A stretch of 57,358 nucleotides of DNA from Klebsormidium nitens (lineage: Eukaryota; Plantae; Klebsormidiophyceae). This document shows, one piece after another, positions 11,501 to 23,078 of the stretch; position 1 is the first letter of the stretch; every line of letters begins with the position of its first letter. The notes beneath the pieces were generated by a model, which saw only the letters and a program-made list of their open reading frames with translations, made no database searches and was not told the origin of the DNA. A program made the translations under genes and the position numbers. The stretch is taken from NCBI GenBank assembly GCA_000708835.1, contig DF237516.1, positions 1 through 57,358 of the forward strand, read 5' to 3'.

Positions 11501-12883
11501 AGACAGTACACCTATCCAAGGTGTACTAAATGCATGTTGCTTGATAAAAACCAGGTCCCCTGGTAGTGTGAAGCAGAGTTTCAACGCAAAGAGGGCTATT
11601 GTGCGGTTGAAAGCTCGCCTGCCAACACACTAATGAGCTGGGAAATGGAACGAGAAGCATTTCTGAAGCTGGAGCTCGTGTCCCAAACTGCGTTCTAATG
11701 TAGAAGCCGTATCATCCTCGAAAGAAACGATGACATAAACCCCCAACAAACTGAAGAAAACTCGACGAGAAAGGTGGATACATAGTGGTGAACAGCTAGG
11801 GGGAAATGGGGGCCCAGGCCGAAAGGGCAACCAGAAGCCATCTGAACGCCGAGCAAACTACCGCTCCTTGTTTCTATGAAGCTCTCACATGTAAATCGAA
11901 GTTTGAAAAAGAAAGCATACGTAGATCATGGACTTACAGATGTAACAGGACATCCTAGTTTGCCGAAATGCCTCTCAAGCTAGGAGGCACTGAATGCAGG
12001 GCTGTTCCCTGAGAAACCCTGCATCTACCCTGAAGGCTTACATGTAAGTAGAGCTCGTCAGACGGAATGGAGATCTCCCTAATCGCATCCAAGAGGCCTG
12101 GAATCCTGGCCAGTACTTTCTTTCCTCGATACTGCATTGAGTCACAGCAAGCGGTCAGCACGTTGATCAGAGCTATAAGTACTATCCTATACAGTGGCTC
12201 AATGGGTAAAGGAGACGTTCACTAACGCTTGACACTCTGCTACCTTGTTGGCTTGCTCCATTGGTCAGTTGAGCAAGCTCAAAGCGTATTCATCCAAATA
12301 ATCAGGCTCCATCTTATTGTACGTGACAAGTTGCGAAGCAGGCAGAGGATGCCCCAAAGGATGAGTCACTTCCATTCGGGGCATAGTTTGTCTGATCAAT
12401 TCCTCGCTTTTTGCGTTCTTTCTCTCGCCGCAGGGAGGAGGTTACTTATCTCATACTCTTCCAGGACAAAGTCGTTGCAACTTTCGTAGCATGCGCATCA
12501 CAAACAACTGTGAACATACTTGAGCTGGAAACAAACAACAGTAAGGAAACTCCAGCCAAGGTTGCGGCACTGAACCATATCCGCTGGCTTTTCAGACATG
12601 CCGCACTCACAGCAAGGACGAGTGAGTAGCGCCGCGCATTACGCTCCCTCTTGGCAGTGACCCTGAGGTCCTCCCTGGACTCAAAGATAGACACCTGGAA
12701 ACGTCCGGCACCCCGCTCAAGCAGATAGAATGCAAGCAGCAGTCCGGCGGGGCCGCACCCCACAATGACTATGTGCACTTTGTCTGACTTGTTTGTGTCA
12801 CCGGAGCTGGTTGCTGAGCCTGATTTGGAGTGAGGTTCAGCGCTGTTTGGAGTTCCGGAGTCGCTAGTGTCTTTCGGAGCCAT
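5560..12883 (-). CDS. FAD-dependent monooxygenase (group A flavoprotein, kynurenine 3-monooxygenase-like), 8 exons
   Basis: Exons 12611-12883, 12042-12131, 10953-11139, ~10120-10347 (acceptor unresolved), 9570-9695, 8492-8739, 7358-7813, 5560-5847. Motifs: HIVIVGCGPAGLLLA (GxGxxG), DLVVGADG|VNSAVR, VLIGDAAHATPPAIGQGCN; hydrophobic C-terminal segment. All junction phases are consistent except exon 3/4. Confidence 0.88.
5790..7200 (-). repeat. Degenerate tandem array of the last acceptor plus exon start of the monooxygenase
   Basis: Variants of CTCAGCATCGGAACAGTCGACCAGGGCGTGGCCCTCGGGGACCTGCG recur near 6110-6170, 6250-6290, 6435-6490, 6610-6670, 6750-6790, 6930-6990 and 7165-7195. Confidence 0.85.
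7450..7690 (-). repeat. In-frame exonic tandem repeat (GE.VG.DDRLE-like, 3-4 units)
   Basis: CTCCAACCGGTCGTCTTCCCCGACCG-type units; protein GESVGEDDRLE / LAVGEDHRLE / GEAVGGDDRLE. Confidence 0.8.
10520..11070 (-). repeat. Degenerate tandem copies of the monooxygenase exon 3 end/donor
   Basis: Copies near 10790-10870, 10660-10740 and 10530-10600. One still translates as DRADLCAVMLRYLLMSHGD versus the real DRADLCAAMLSYLMERHGD. Confidence 0.82.
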
Positions 12884-14396
12884 CGACGGAGTTCTCAGAT
12901 GCAATTGTCTGCTGCGGTGTTGGTATGTCAACTTCGATGAGCGCCCGTAACATCACAAGCAAGCCTGTGGCAGTAGTGTAGACGATCGCTCTGGCTTTTC
13001 AGGACGCGCAATGAAAGGACAGATGGAAGAAGAACGGACGCTTCAAAGGTATTTATGATCAACAACACCTTCCAACGCATTTGCATCCTCCTGAGGTTTG
13101 TTGAAACCGAAGCAGCAGCTCCGCCCTAGTGCCGTGCTAGCCAGCAGCAATGCTGATGTCAATGCACGTTGACCCTTTCAGGACTCCATGTCTTCGACTC
13201 TGCTGCTGAAATGTCATATCGAGCAAACGAGCTAAGCAGCTGTCGAAATTCAGCTGATCGGCTTGCTGCAGCAGTACGGTCTGGGTTTGCAAGATTGGGC
13301 CAAATGACCGTAGCACGTTTAACCATTGTACAGTGTTAATATATCCACCCGGGCTTACTGACCGCGTCAAAGAACGTCAAACACTTCCTGAGAACCGGTA
13401 AGAAACTGCAGACCAGAGGTGGAGACGACAGAGTCCCGTTGCTTCAAAACCGGCCCTCTAAGTTGGCGCAGTCAGCTTGTCCGGGGAATTTTTGTCTTGA
13501 CACTGCCAGAAGGGCACCATGGTTATGCATGATGGGGCGGGCGCCATCTTGAACTGACTGGCCCGGGTATAAAACCCTTCCGAACCCTGCCAGACTAGCT
13601 AGCTAGCGCCTTTGCCTTGGCCGGGCGCGTCCGGCCGCCTCGAAGATCGAGGCGCGGCGCGCAGATCCGCGGTGGACATGACGTGTCAAGGAATGCGCAA
13701 CGGTCCATCAGCCCGACGGTCCGGGACCGCACAGCATTTGAAATCTGCCCTGTTCCGACATATTCTAGATCGACACTGAGACTTACTTCATGCAGCTTAG
13801 CCAGTGAGCCCGATGCCTGGAGATCGAAGTTGGTATTTCGAGCTTCCGAGTTTCACGAATGAGTTGTTGGATATATGGAAGTCTTCGCGGATGTATCAAA
13901 ATTCAACATGCATTATAGTAGTAATCATGTACAGAGCCGGCCGCGGCGGGCCCGCGCTCATGGCGCCGGCATACCATGCAGCATGCAAGCATGGCATTAG
14001 ATCATTAGCAACGACAATATAATGAGAGATTTTTGCGATCGACCAATTCATTGTAGACTGAGAACCGTGCAATTTTCGACTTCAGTTTGACTCAGTGAAC
14101 ACAGTGAACGCCAATCAACTCGCTGCTTATCGTCATATCAGCGCTGGTTGTCACCTTGGGCTTGCAAAGATCCGCTCCAAACCACGACTGTAACCACATC
14201 TATGTGGCACCGACGACTATGACGGTAACTTCAAGCGGCTTTACAATGTTTATTTACATATGCCTCATTTCAGCTCGCAGGCGTACCTAATAAATAAGTA
14301 AATACAGCTTCGTGTTCCTAAAGCAATGAGCTCTCCGCGCGGCAAAAGCCTTTGAATTTCAGTCAAGCCACAAAACGTCCCAGCTGTTGGAGGTAT

Positions 14397-17300
14397 TTAC
14401 AAAACCTCGAAAATGAGCGTGCTCCACTTGGGTACGTTGATGTAAATACGCCCCCCGTGCTCGTGCAAATCTCTGCCCGCGTTTCCGGACCCCTCCCAGC
14501 CGCCAAAGCTGGCGTCTTGGCTGTTGAACCGCTCCACGTAGCGCCGCCCGATGCCCCGGTCTCCAACCCCGACCCCGTAATCACTGTTTTCCCACTGGTT
14601 ACCGCCCGCGTTTACGATAACCAGCAGTGTTTGATCGTTAGACTGCACAAGGAAGAGGGGCAAACTTTGAGGTCAAGGAAAGAACGAGGTAAGAGCGAAT
14701 TCATGCTGGTCGTAGGGGGCTTCGTCTTGGAAGAGGGGCCGGCATACTTCAGAAGACCTAGGCTTTAAGTACTTCCAATGATGACAGGCTATCGAAGTTC
14801 TCAGACGAGAGTGTTTCGGAGAGCAGGATCATGATTGTCTTGAAAAAATTGCGGCGGAACGATCTCAAATCTTCGGTAACTAATGGTTAGGAGACGACTT
14901 AGGAGATGCCCCCACTGTGCTTCCAAAGCCGGCGCCTTGTCATGTTTTCATGTTAACCAAGAGAGAACGGTGGTTAGGGAGAGGGTCAAAAACGTAACCC
15001 ACCTCCCGCCTGAAGCCCAGCACTTTGTGATGGTCGTCGAAGTGGACCGTGTCGAAGCCCCCTGCGCCGAGCGCGTGCGACTGCGTCCGCAGGGTGTTGG
15101 CTGACGTCACCAGCCGCATCATCTCCTGTCCCAAGGGATCCCCTGGAGGGAGATGTAGCAAGGGTTCATGGGAAGAGTCTCAGACGGTTGCTTCGTTTAG
15201 CGCCCTCCCTAAGACGATAGGCGGAACGTGTTCTGGGCTGATATTATAACAGATGATGTTTAACAGATGAACGCAAATCACGAAAAGATGAGCCCCCTTC
15301 ATTCAATGCCAGCAGAGGCAGTAGGGATCTCAGTCCAGGAATGGTTCCGTGGAATCAACTTTACTTGTACTTACTATCGTACGCGGCAACAAATTGCTTT
15401 TCCCCATTCAGTTCAGTCCAGGAAATATGATTCCCAGTCCAAGAACTATTCCGTCGATTCGAGTTCAATCGTACTTACTGTCGTACGCGGCAAAGAAGTA
15501 CTTTTCCTCATGCATGGCGGTTCTTTTACTCAATGAATTGAATCCTTCCACCGGGGAAGCTTACGAACCTCAAAGCACCAGAGAAGCGGGTTGCATCGTT
15601 CTCTGCTTTGACAACCAGAACTTTAAAGAACGTTCTTGTTCTCATTTGAGCTCTGGGCCCACGGTTGATTACTAAAGCAAATGGAAATCTCCAAGCGACA
15701 GAGTTACATCTCCAGTCCGCGAATGAATACAAACAGGGTCGGACTCTCCAACGAAAAACCCAAACAAAAGGGGGCATTCAGCGGAATTGAACGACGGGGA
15801 TCAAAGGCGAAAAAGGCACTCTGCTCAACCGAACCATCTGAAGCGAAGGAGACAATCCCTCCAAAAAAGGAGACGAGAGCCAAGACAAAACAAAGAGATT
15901 AGAGCTTTTCCAGAAGCTCAGGGACAGGCATGTAAACACATTTCGAGAAACAAGGGAGCGAGAAGAGAGATCGCACCCGCAAATCACCGGCTGAAGCACC
16001 GGTTCAGCTCCAAGCAGGCGAGGTATAAAGAGAAAGGAAGGTTGTTAGAGCACTCAAGAAAGAAGCCTTCAAATGGAAAGATATGGACAAGACGGTTTAC
16101 ACCGTACCTGCGAACCCCACTTGATGCACCGGTTTGGCTCCACGCGGGACGAGAGTCCGAATTGGAAAAGAAGGCTTCTTGAGAAGCTCAGACGGAAGCC
16201 TTTCGAAAGAGAGAGAGGAACGGGAAGGTTATACCGTACCTGTGAACCACCACTTGAAGCACCGCTTCTGCTCCACGTGGTACGGAAGTCAAGACGAAGA
16301 AAGGAAGGTTCCAAGAGTCTCTCAGACGGAAGTCTTTGAAAGAAAAGAAGGAAGGAGGAGCTTATAACCATACTGCGACCCACCAGTTGAAGCACCGGTT
16401 CTGCTCTTCGCAAGAAGAGAAGCCAATGTAACAAGGGTTACTTTTGAAAAGCTCGGCTAGAAGCCTTTGATTAGCTAGAAAGAAGTGGACAAGATGGTTA
16501 GAACCTGGCACCTGCGAACCACCAGTTGAAGCACCGGTTCTGCTCCACGTGCCACCAGCCGTCATGATGACACTCCGTGCCCATGAAGGCCATGGGGATC
16601 CCCGAGGCGGCAATCATGGCGGCGTACCACATGCGCGCGATCGCGCGCGCGCCCCACTTGTTGCGCCCGCCGTAATGGTCGACGGGGTACCTGAAGATAT
16701 TGACGGCACAAACAGTTGTGAACGTTCGTTACAAAATTTTGGAAGTCGTATTAGTCCCATCTTACTAAATCGGGTTGTTCGCACGTTTCCGACTGGCGTC
16801 ATTGCGCGCGCCCCACTTGTTGCGCCCGCCGTAATGGTCGTCAGGGTAGCTGAAAACTCGGAGGCACGATTCCTGAAGATTCAGACCAGATGTTTCGCTT
16901 CTTGTAGCTTTCTGTAGCTCTGCAGCTGTCTGTAGCACTCTCGGGCTGATCAATTGGCTTCCCCCGTATGCGCAAGGGTTAGAATCGCAAATATCGTGAC
17001 AGAAGCTGCGCGACTCAAAACAATCTGAGACGTTGCCCGCCATCCGCAACAGCCATACTGGTAACCGGCGATTCTTGTGGAATGCGCGCATGCTAAAGGG
17101 CTTCCTTGTGCTCTCCGCCAACGTCGAGGCGAATCGCCCCGCCGTTGCAGCGTTTGCATCCTGCAAGTCGCTCGTTTCCGTTTTGACTGAACATGAAACC
17201 CGAGAGCTAATCTGTGCAATCTGCCGAAGCAAGCCATGGCACGACGCCCCGTTGTTGCGGCAACCTCTCTGCTGCAATTCCCCCCGCTTCGGAGATCCCT

Positions 17301-20300
17301 TTTTGTTTTTTTGGGCCAAACTTTGCAGTCTGACGGTTAATCTTTCAATCAGAAGCGGGACCTCTGCAGTCCGTCGATGTCCTAACAACACGCCCTGCCG
17401 TTGCGGTACCCAGTCTGCCGTGAGAATGCTGTTCGCTCTTCGCATCTTCTAAGATCCTAAATCTGCCCTTTTTGCAGTCTCACAATCCGTATAGCAGAAA
17501 TCGCATCTGTGCCGTTCGCCGATGTCGTCGCAAAATGCTCCATAGTTGTGGCACCCGATTTGCAGTGAAACTCATTTCCGCTTCGAACCTTCCGACATGA
17601 ACTTTTACCAGGCCCTTCAGTCTGGCAGCCTAAATAAAAGCAGAACCGCACCTGTGGAGCCCGCCGATGTCGTGGCAGAACGCCCCGTTGTTGCGGCACC
17701 CGATCTGATCGTGACAGCCCATGACGTATTTCAGCATCTGGGTCGGTTTGGAGAAGCCACTGCCGAGCCCCAAGACGTGCTGCACTTTGCCCAGGGCGCG
17801 ATCCCCCTCCATGTACTTGCGGGTCTCGAAGAAAGTGCTGTGGATCCACGTGGCGTCGAACCCGGCGCTGCTGACGGCAGCAGAGTCCTCGGGCGTGATC
17901 TCTGCGGGATTCGGATTGAATGAAATCGATACTTCTGTTTCCAAAGTCGGCTCGCTGCTTACTGTGACCAACTTTGGCTCTATCAGCGGTAGGAATGATT
18001 TCACTTTCAAGCTCAGAAGCAGCCTTTGTGGGGAGAGGTTCCGCTCCATCGCAACGATGTAGAAGCAAATGATCGTGCTTCACCAAGAGCAGGCTTTAGG
18101 GCTAAGAGAACAACATTGTTGCTTTGCACATTGAGTTCCCAACCTTGGAAGTAAAATTTACTTTTTTCCCATTCTACATTTGCCCGAGTTTTGCCCTCCG
18201 GTTATGGCACAGGTTGAAGTGACCTGGCTTAGACTTTTCAATCGTGAAAACTAGACCCAAAACGAGACTCTTGCTTACGTAGCACGCATGATGAAAGAGA
18301 ATCGGTTTGTGCGTTTTCAACAAGTGCAATGACCAGCAAAGAAAACACTACCAACGATTCTCTCAAAAGAAGTAGCAGTTTGAGAAGATGACACGTGGCG
18401 CTCACCGCTAATGAGTATTTTGCCCGGGTACTTATCGTGCAGAGTCCACGTCATCCGCTGCAGAAGCTGCCAAGGCATGTTGTGGACGGAATCGAAGCGG
18501 AGCCCGTCACCTGCCCGGAAACGGAATCATGGATATTGATCGGAGGACCATCAGTACTCAAATGCTTGGTTTTTTAAGGTTTGGCTGACAAGGCCGAGCC
18601 TCGACCTAATGATCTTGAGTTCCATTCTCTGCTCGAGCTATGGAGAATCTAATCCGACAGAAACTCTGGAACTTGGTTTGATTGCAAAAATACTTGGTGA
18701 ATGATTGTAACGCGCTGCTCAACAAAACATCGCGCAAGGGATTCCCTGCTTCGCTTTTGCATCCGGATCTCCACGTTCAGAAATCCCTTGAACAAATTTG
18801 CCCTCCTTCTGTGCCTTATACACTACAAGATCCCCCCTTACTCCAGAAATGCAGAAACTGGCAAGTGCCACGTTGTGTCCGACTTACCGTTGAAGTCCCG
18901 CAGGAAGATCTCGGCCCCCTCAAGAATATAGTCGTCCACCTCCCACCGTCCAAACGCAAACTTCTTCCCCCAGGGTGTCTTCCCCGCCCCGTGATGGTAT
19001 ATTCCCCCGCCGTTATTTGGGTTCCACCCGTCGTAGGCCCATAAGCTATTCAACCGGGCGGCCCCGTGGTTCAACACGACGTCGAAGATGACCGCAATGC
19101 CCGCCTTGTGACACGTGTCGACCAGGGACTGGAGCTCGGCCGGCGTGCCGAAGGCTTGATGCGTGGAGGTGAGGAGGCGCGGGTTGTAGCCCCAGAGACC
19201 GCCGAACTCGGTTACGGGCATCAACTGGGGGATGGAATTTCGAAGGCGGATTTGCGGGCGGTTTGTTTAGCGTGGGCTGGAAAAGAGTCTGAGACTGTAC
19301 TACAAAAGGAAGGGGTCTTACATCGAAATTGAGGGACGAGTTCCGGGAATTTGCTAGCACTGTTTGCGCAACGCTTGATTTGGGGCCCTGCCAAATTCGC
19401 CCGTGAAAGGCTTTCCTCGCAGTACATATGCTACGTGTGAAACCTCGGATGTCTTTCCGCCTTTTGAGGATGATATCAGTGACCTCCTGATGTAATTTAT
19501 TTTTGTAGAGATCATCTAATCTCATTCTTCTAACGCAGATCAAAGTGGATTTGCTTGCTTGATTCGAAATATCCACACCCGCTTGCATTCAGAGCAGGGC
19601 CTTGAGCCCATTCTTCATCTCAGATAATTGTCGCCAAAGTGCGCCTTTTACCGAAAATTAGTGCGAGGAGTGCACAAGCACAGTCTAATAAAAAGAGTAT
19701 GTGTATCAGAAAGATGTTGTGAAAGTTCCCGCGAGAGTGCTCACCTGTATGGCATTGAACCCAAGGCTCTTAATGTAGTCCACCTTGGCAGCCAAAGCAT
19801 TAAACGTGCCCCCTCCTTCCTCCCGCCTGCACTTTCGATTCCTGGAGTCAAGTTGCCGTTCGCGAAAATCTATGCAGCGTTTAGGCGAGCTTGACACAGG
19901 ACCAGGTCTGCTTCGTTTGATAGTGCCTAAGTTACCTGTTCCAGGACTCTACATCAATGCAAGATTCAAACAAACGTCAAGTGTATAGCAAGGGACCGTG
20001 TCAGACGTATGCGGCAGTCCTTAAATGCGAGTGCGTCAAAACCTACGAGGCCGCTGCCGGGTTCCTTAACGTGTGCGCTTACCATGCAGTAATGCATAAG
20101 TGCAGTAAGCGTTACGAGTTGTTCCAAACCCTTTTAAGGGACCTCTCAAAAAACAAGTCGTTCGAAGACAATCGGTTGGACCCCAATCAAGTACCAAACG
20201 AACACTCAAAGGCACCATTTGCGTTCCTAGCTATAAGACGGACGTTGCCAAACAGCGAACCCTTACCCGGTAAACGCGCCAACATGGACCTGATAGAGAA

Positions 20301-23078
20301 TGAGCTTGTCCCACGTGGGGGCCTCAAAGGGCGCCCAGTCGTACGACGGATCGACGACGTAACACGCGCACCCGTCGAAGTCGGTATACCGAGCGCGTGC
20401 GTCGCGACGGTAGAACTTCTCGCCGTTGTGGTGGAAGATAAAGTAGTACTTGGCGCCCTGCAGGGCAAGCGGTTGCAAGTCAATGTCTGGAGCAATCTTA
20501 TCGTGCGTTTCTAGAGTTGTGTCCTCTTCCTTCCGTTTCCTTTATCACCGGAGGCCCGATAAGTGTTTTTATCTGCTTCAAGTTTCTGAAAAGTAAGGAG
20601 GGGGCAGCCATTCGAACGATTGCGCACAAAGAGAGACTACTGCCATCGCCTCGTGTCTGCTTAGGCGATTCGTTAAAGTGTCCCTTTAGGAAACGTTCCT
20701 TGAAGGACCGCATCAAAAGGGAGTTGCCCTTAACGGTAAGCTGAAGTCCGTTGGATTCGTGGCCCGGCCCATGACTAGCCGTCGTGAAAGACACTGAGCA
20801 TCAGTGCTCACCAACTTCAAAAAGGGTTGGCGATACTTGCGCTGACCGCCTGCAACTCATGGTCAGCCAGTCACCTTGTACAGGCGCAGTGCAGCCCTCT
20901 TGTCTTTCAAAGTGTTTTCAAAGCTTTCCTGACACGAAGCTGGATAGTCGAAGGACAAGGGTCGCAGCCATACCCAAATGACTCGGACTTACCGCGCGAA
21001 CTCCGGGCGCTCTCACAGCGAAATTGCCCCCCTCCCATCGCATCCCGAGAACGTTGTCGTCGTCAGGAGTGTTTGGACCAAGCACAACGAGCTCTGCGTA
21101 CTGCGCCTCAGGGGCCCAAACACGGAACACGCAGCCGCCCTCGGCATCGAGAATCGCTCCAAGACCAGGGGTCGAGTCCTGCCACACAATCGGAAAGCAC
21201 GCCTTCTTCAAGTGGACAAAGGGTTAACAGCTGTGGATCGCCAGACGGTAGTGTCTGCGAGCGCTATTTTAGTGGTGGAGGAACAGAGTCACCGTCTGCA
21301 TCGAATTTCAATTCTGAAGAGGAGTTGATATTCGTAATGTAGTATTATAAGTATGTCTGGTTTCGTATCAAAGTTACGACCGGTGTGATACGTCAAGATA
21401 GGAAGGAGTGGTCCTTCTAAAGCCCAAATCGTGCCATGCCAGGGACAATGGACAAGGTGCTAAAGAATGTGAGACACGTTCTGGAACGGTGATGTTTCTG
21501 ATGTCCAACTTCGTTTTCCCACTTTTCTCCTGCCGACTCTGAGAGCCGATTTCCCAAGAGTGTCTGAGATTCTGCATTCAGTGCTCATCTAACTCGGTTG
21601 TGGGAGGTTGATTGGTCAATGACCTGTCTGACGCCTCCCTTTTCAGCTCTGCCCAGCCTAATATCCCTTCTTAGAACTTAGCTCACCAGAATCTGCTCGT
21701 CAGTGAGGGCAGCTGCTGACGTCCTGTCGATGACATCCACTCCCGTCGCAACGGCCTTTGGAACCACTGTCCTGGAGAGAACATGGGGCAAGACCGCATT
21801 GGCCGTTGAAATCCAATCCTAACGGCAGATTCCGCGGATCCCCAGCCAAAGTCTGTAGCGTCCATTTGCGAGCAGGCCGTGTGAGCTCTTCTGCGCAAGC
21901 ACCCATCGGGAATTTTATACGGTTTATGCAATCCTTTGGTGAGCACCCACTGCCGGGCCTTCACGCCCAGTAGAGCCCCCTATGTCAAGGAGGAAGTGGC
22001 TCTACGTCTGATTTTTGTAGCTTAGAGGCCAGTTCTGGGCCTTTGATCAGACCAGTCAACTGACACGTCAGGATGGCGAAAACCTGTTGAGAAGTATCTG
22101 TGAGCCATAACCTTGTCGAGCACTTACGATCATGACGGTTCTATCCACTTATGATTTGGCTCGCGCCAAGTTTTAGGCTGGCGTCTGCGCCTTCTGCTCA
22201 GCGGCTAAAAAGTGGCCTCCTGTCTGCTACACCAACTTCCCGTCATATTCGCTGCCTTCTACTCTCTCAAGGACAAGAAGCAGTAAAGGGTGAAGAACTG
22301 TTCAAACCTCGATAGGTTTGCCTCCAGTTGATCTCTGTCAAGGAAGCAAAACGGACTAGCCTAAACGATGAGCATCCGCAACTTGAGCATCCACAAGTCA
22401 ACTGTGAGGATGTGTCTGGATTGATGTGATCAGTATTCCACGCCAATTCAAAGGTACTCTCCGTGCGCTTCTCAACCGCATCTTTACTCCTCCATAAAGT
22501 AAGAGTAGACAACAAACATATAAGATCTTCAAACAAAAACTGATTGGAGAATCCAATCTCCCGTTTCCGAACTTTGTGCAATGAACTTCGCTATCATAGA
22601 CCTTTTGTTGACAGCTAGACTGATTTATATTGCCTTCGACCAGCATACACCTCTTTCGAACGTTTCACAGCAGCTGATCTGGTTGAAATATGAGCAATAC
22701 GAAGTGATATTGATACCAGGGATGGCTCAGGACAGGCTGAATTGATAAGCGTCCTTACCTTTGGTGAGCAGGCCCAGCCAAGAAGGCCCCAAAGGGATCA
22801 TTGACACTGTCTACCCCCCTTCTCAGGCTGGCTGAGATCTGAGCACATCTCTGCCTTCTGGCACTAGCTACTGGTCTTGTAGTGTCAAGTTTAAGGGATT
22901 GATTCACAGATGATAACCCGAAAGAACTGTGCGTAGGGACGAGGATCTCTTTGGAAAGCAACAAGGATTTTGGAAAATTTTCAGCTGACAAAGTGTTGAG
23001 CTGGGAATTTGAGTAGCTGGATGCTAGATGTACTTGCAGGGAGGCCCTGATGGCACAGCCGCTTGATGCCAGGACCAT
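14397..23078 (-). CDS. GH13 alpha-amylase-family glucan-active enzyme (CBM48-like N-domain, TreZ/GlgB-like), probable plastid transit peptide, 11 exons, ~706 aa
   Basis: Exons 22759-23078, 21687-21771, 20993-21178, 20267-20457, 19745-19826 (or 19841), 18888-19224, 18406-18510, 17652-17901, 16512-16690, 15003-15142, 14397-14642; all phases consistent. Motifs: LGAI..VFRVWAP, YQVHVGAFT, LGFNAIQLMPV, WGYNP, region I DVVLNH, region II DGLRFDSV, region III ISEIT, region IV GCHDQIG. Confidence 0.88.
15970..16560 (-). repeat. ~133-bp-period array spanning a GH13 donor site
   Basis: Core ACCTGCGAACCACCAGTTGAAGCACCGGTTCTGCTCCACG at ~16510 (real exon), with copies at ~16373, 16238, 16106 and 15975; the adjacent intronic purine-rich segment is repeated too. 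Confidence 0.88.

Noticed and set aside
5560-12883. Assigning the symbol KMO
   Set aside because: Family-level motifs only; the substrate cannot be inferred by eye.
15970-16560. Repeat-spacer-like arrays as CRISPR
   Set aside because: Eukaryotic context, no cas genes, the 'spacers' are themselves homologous, and the repeats are copies of host exon edges.
14397-23078. Naming the GH13 gene SBE, ISA or treZ
   Set aside because: The motifs are intermediate; a phylogeny is needed.
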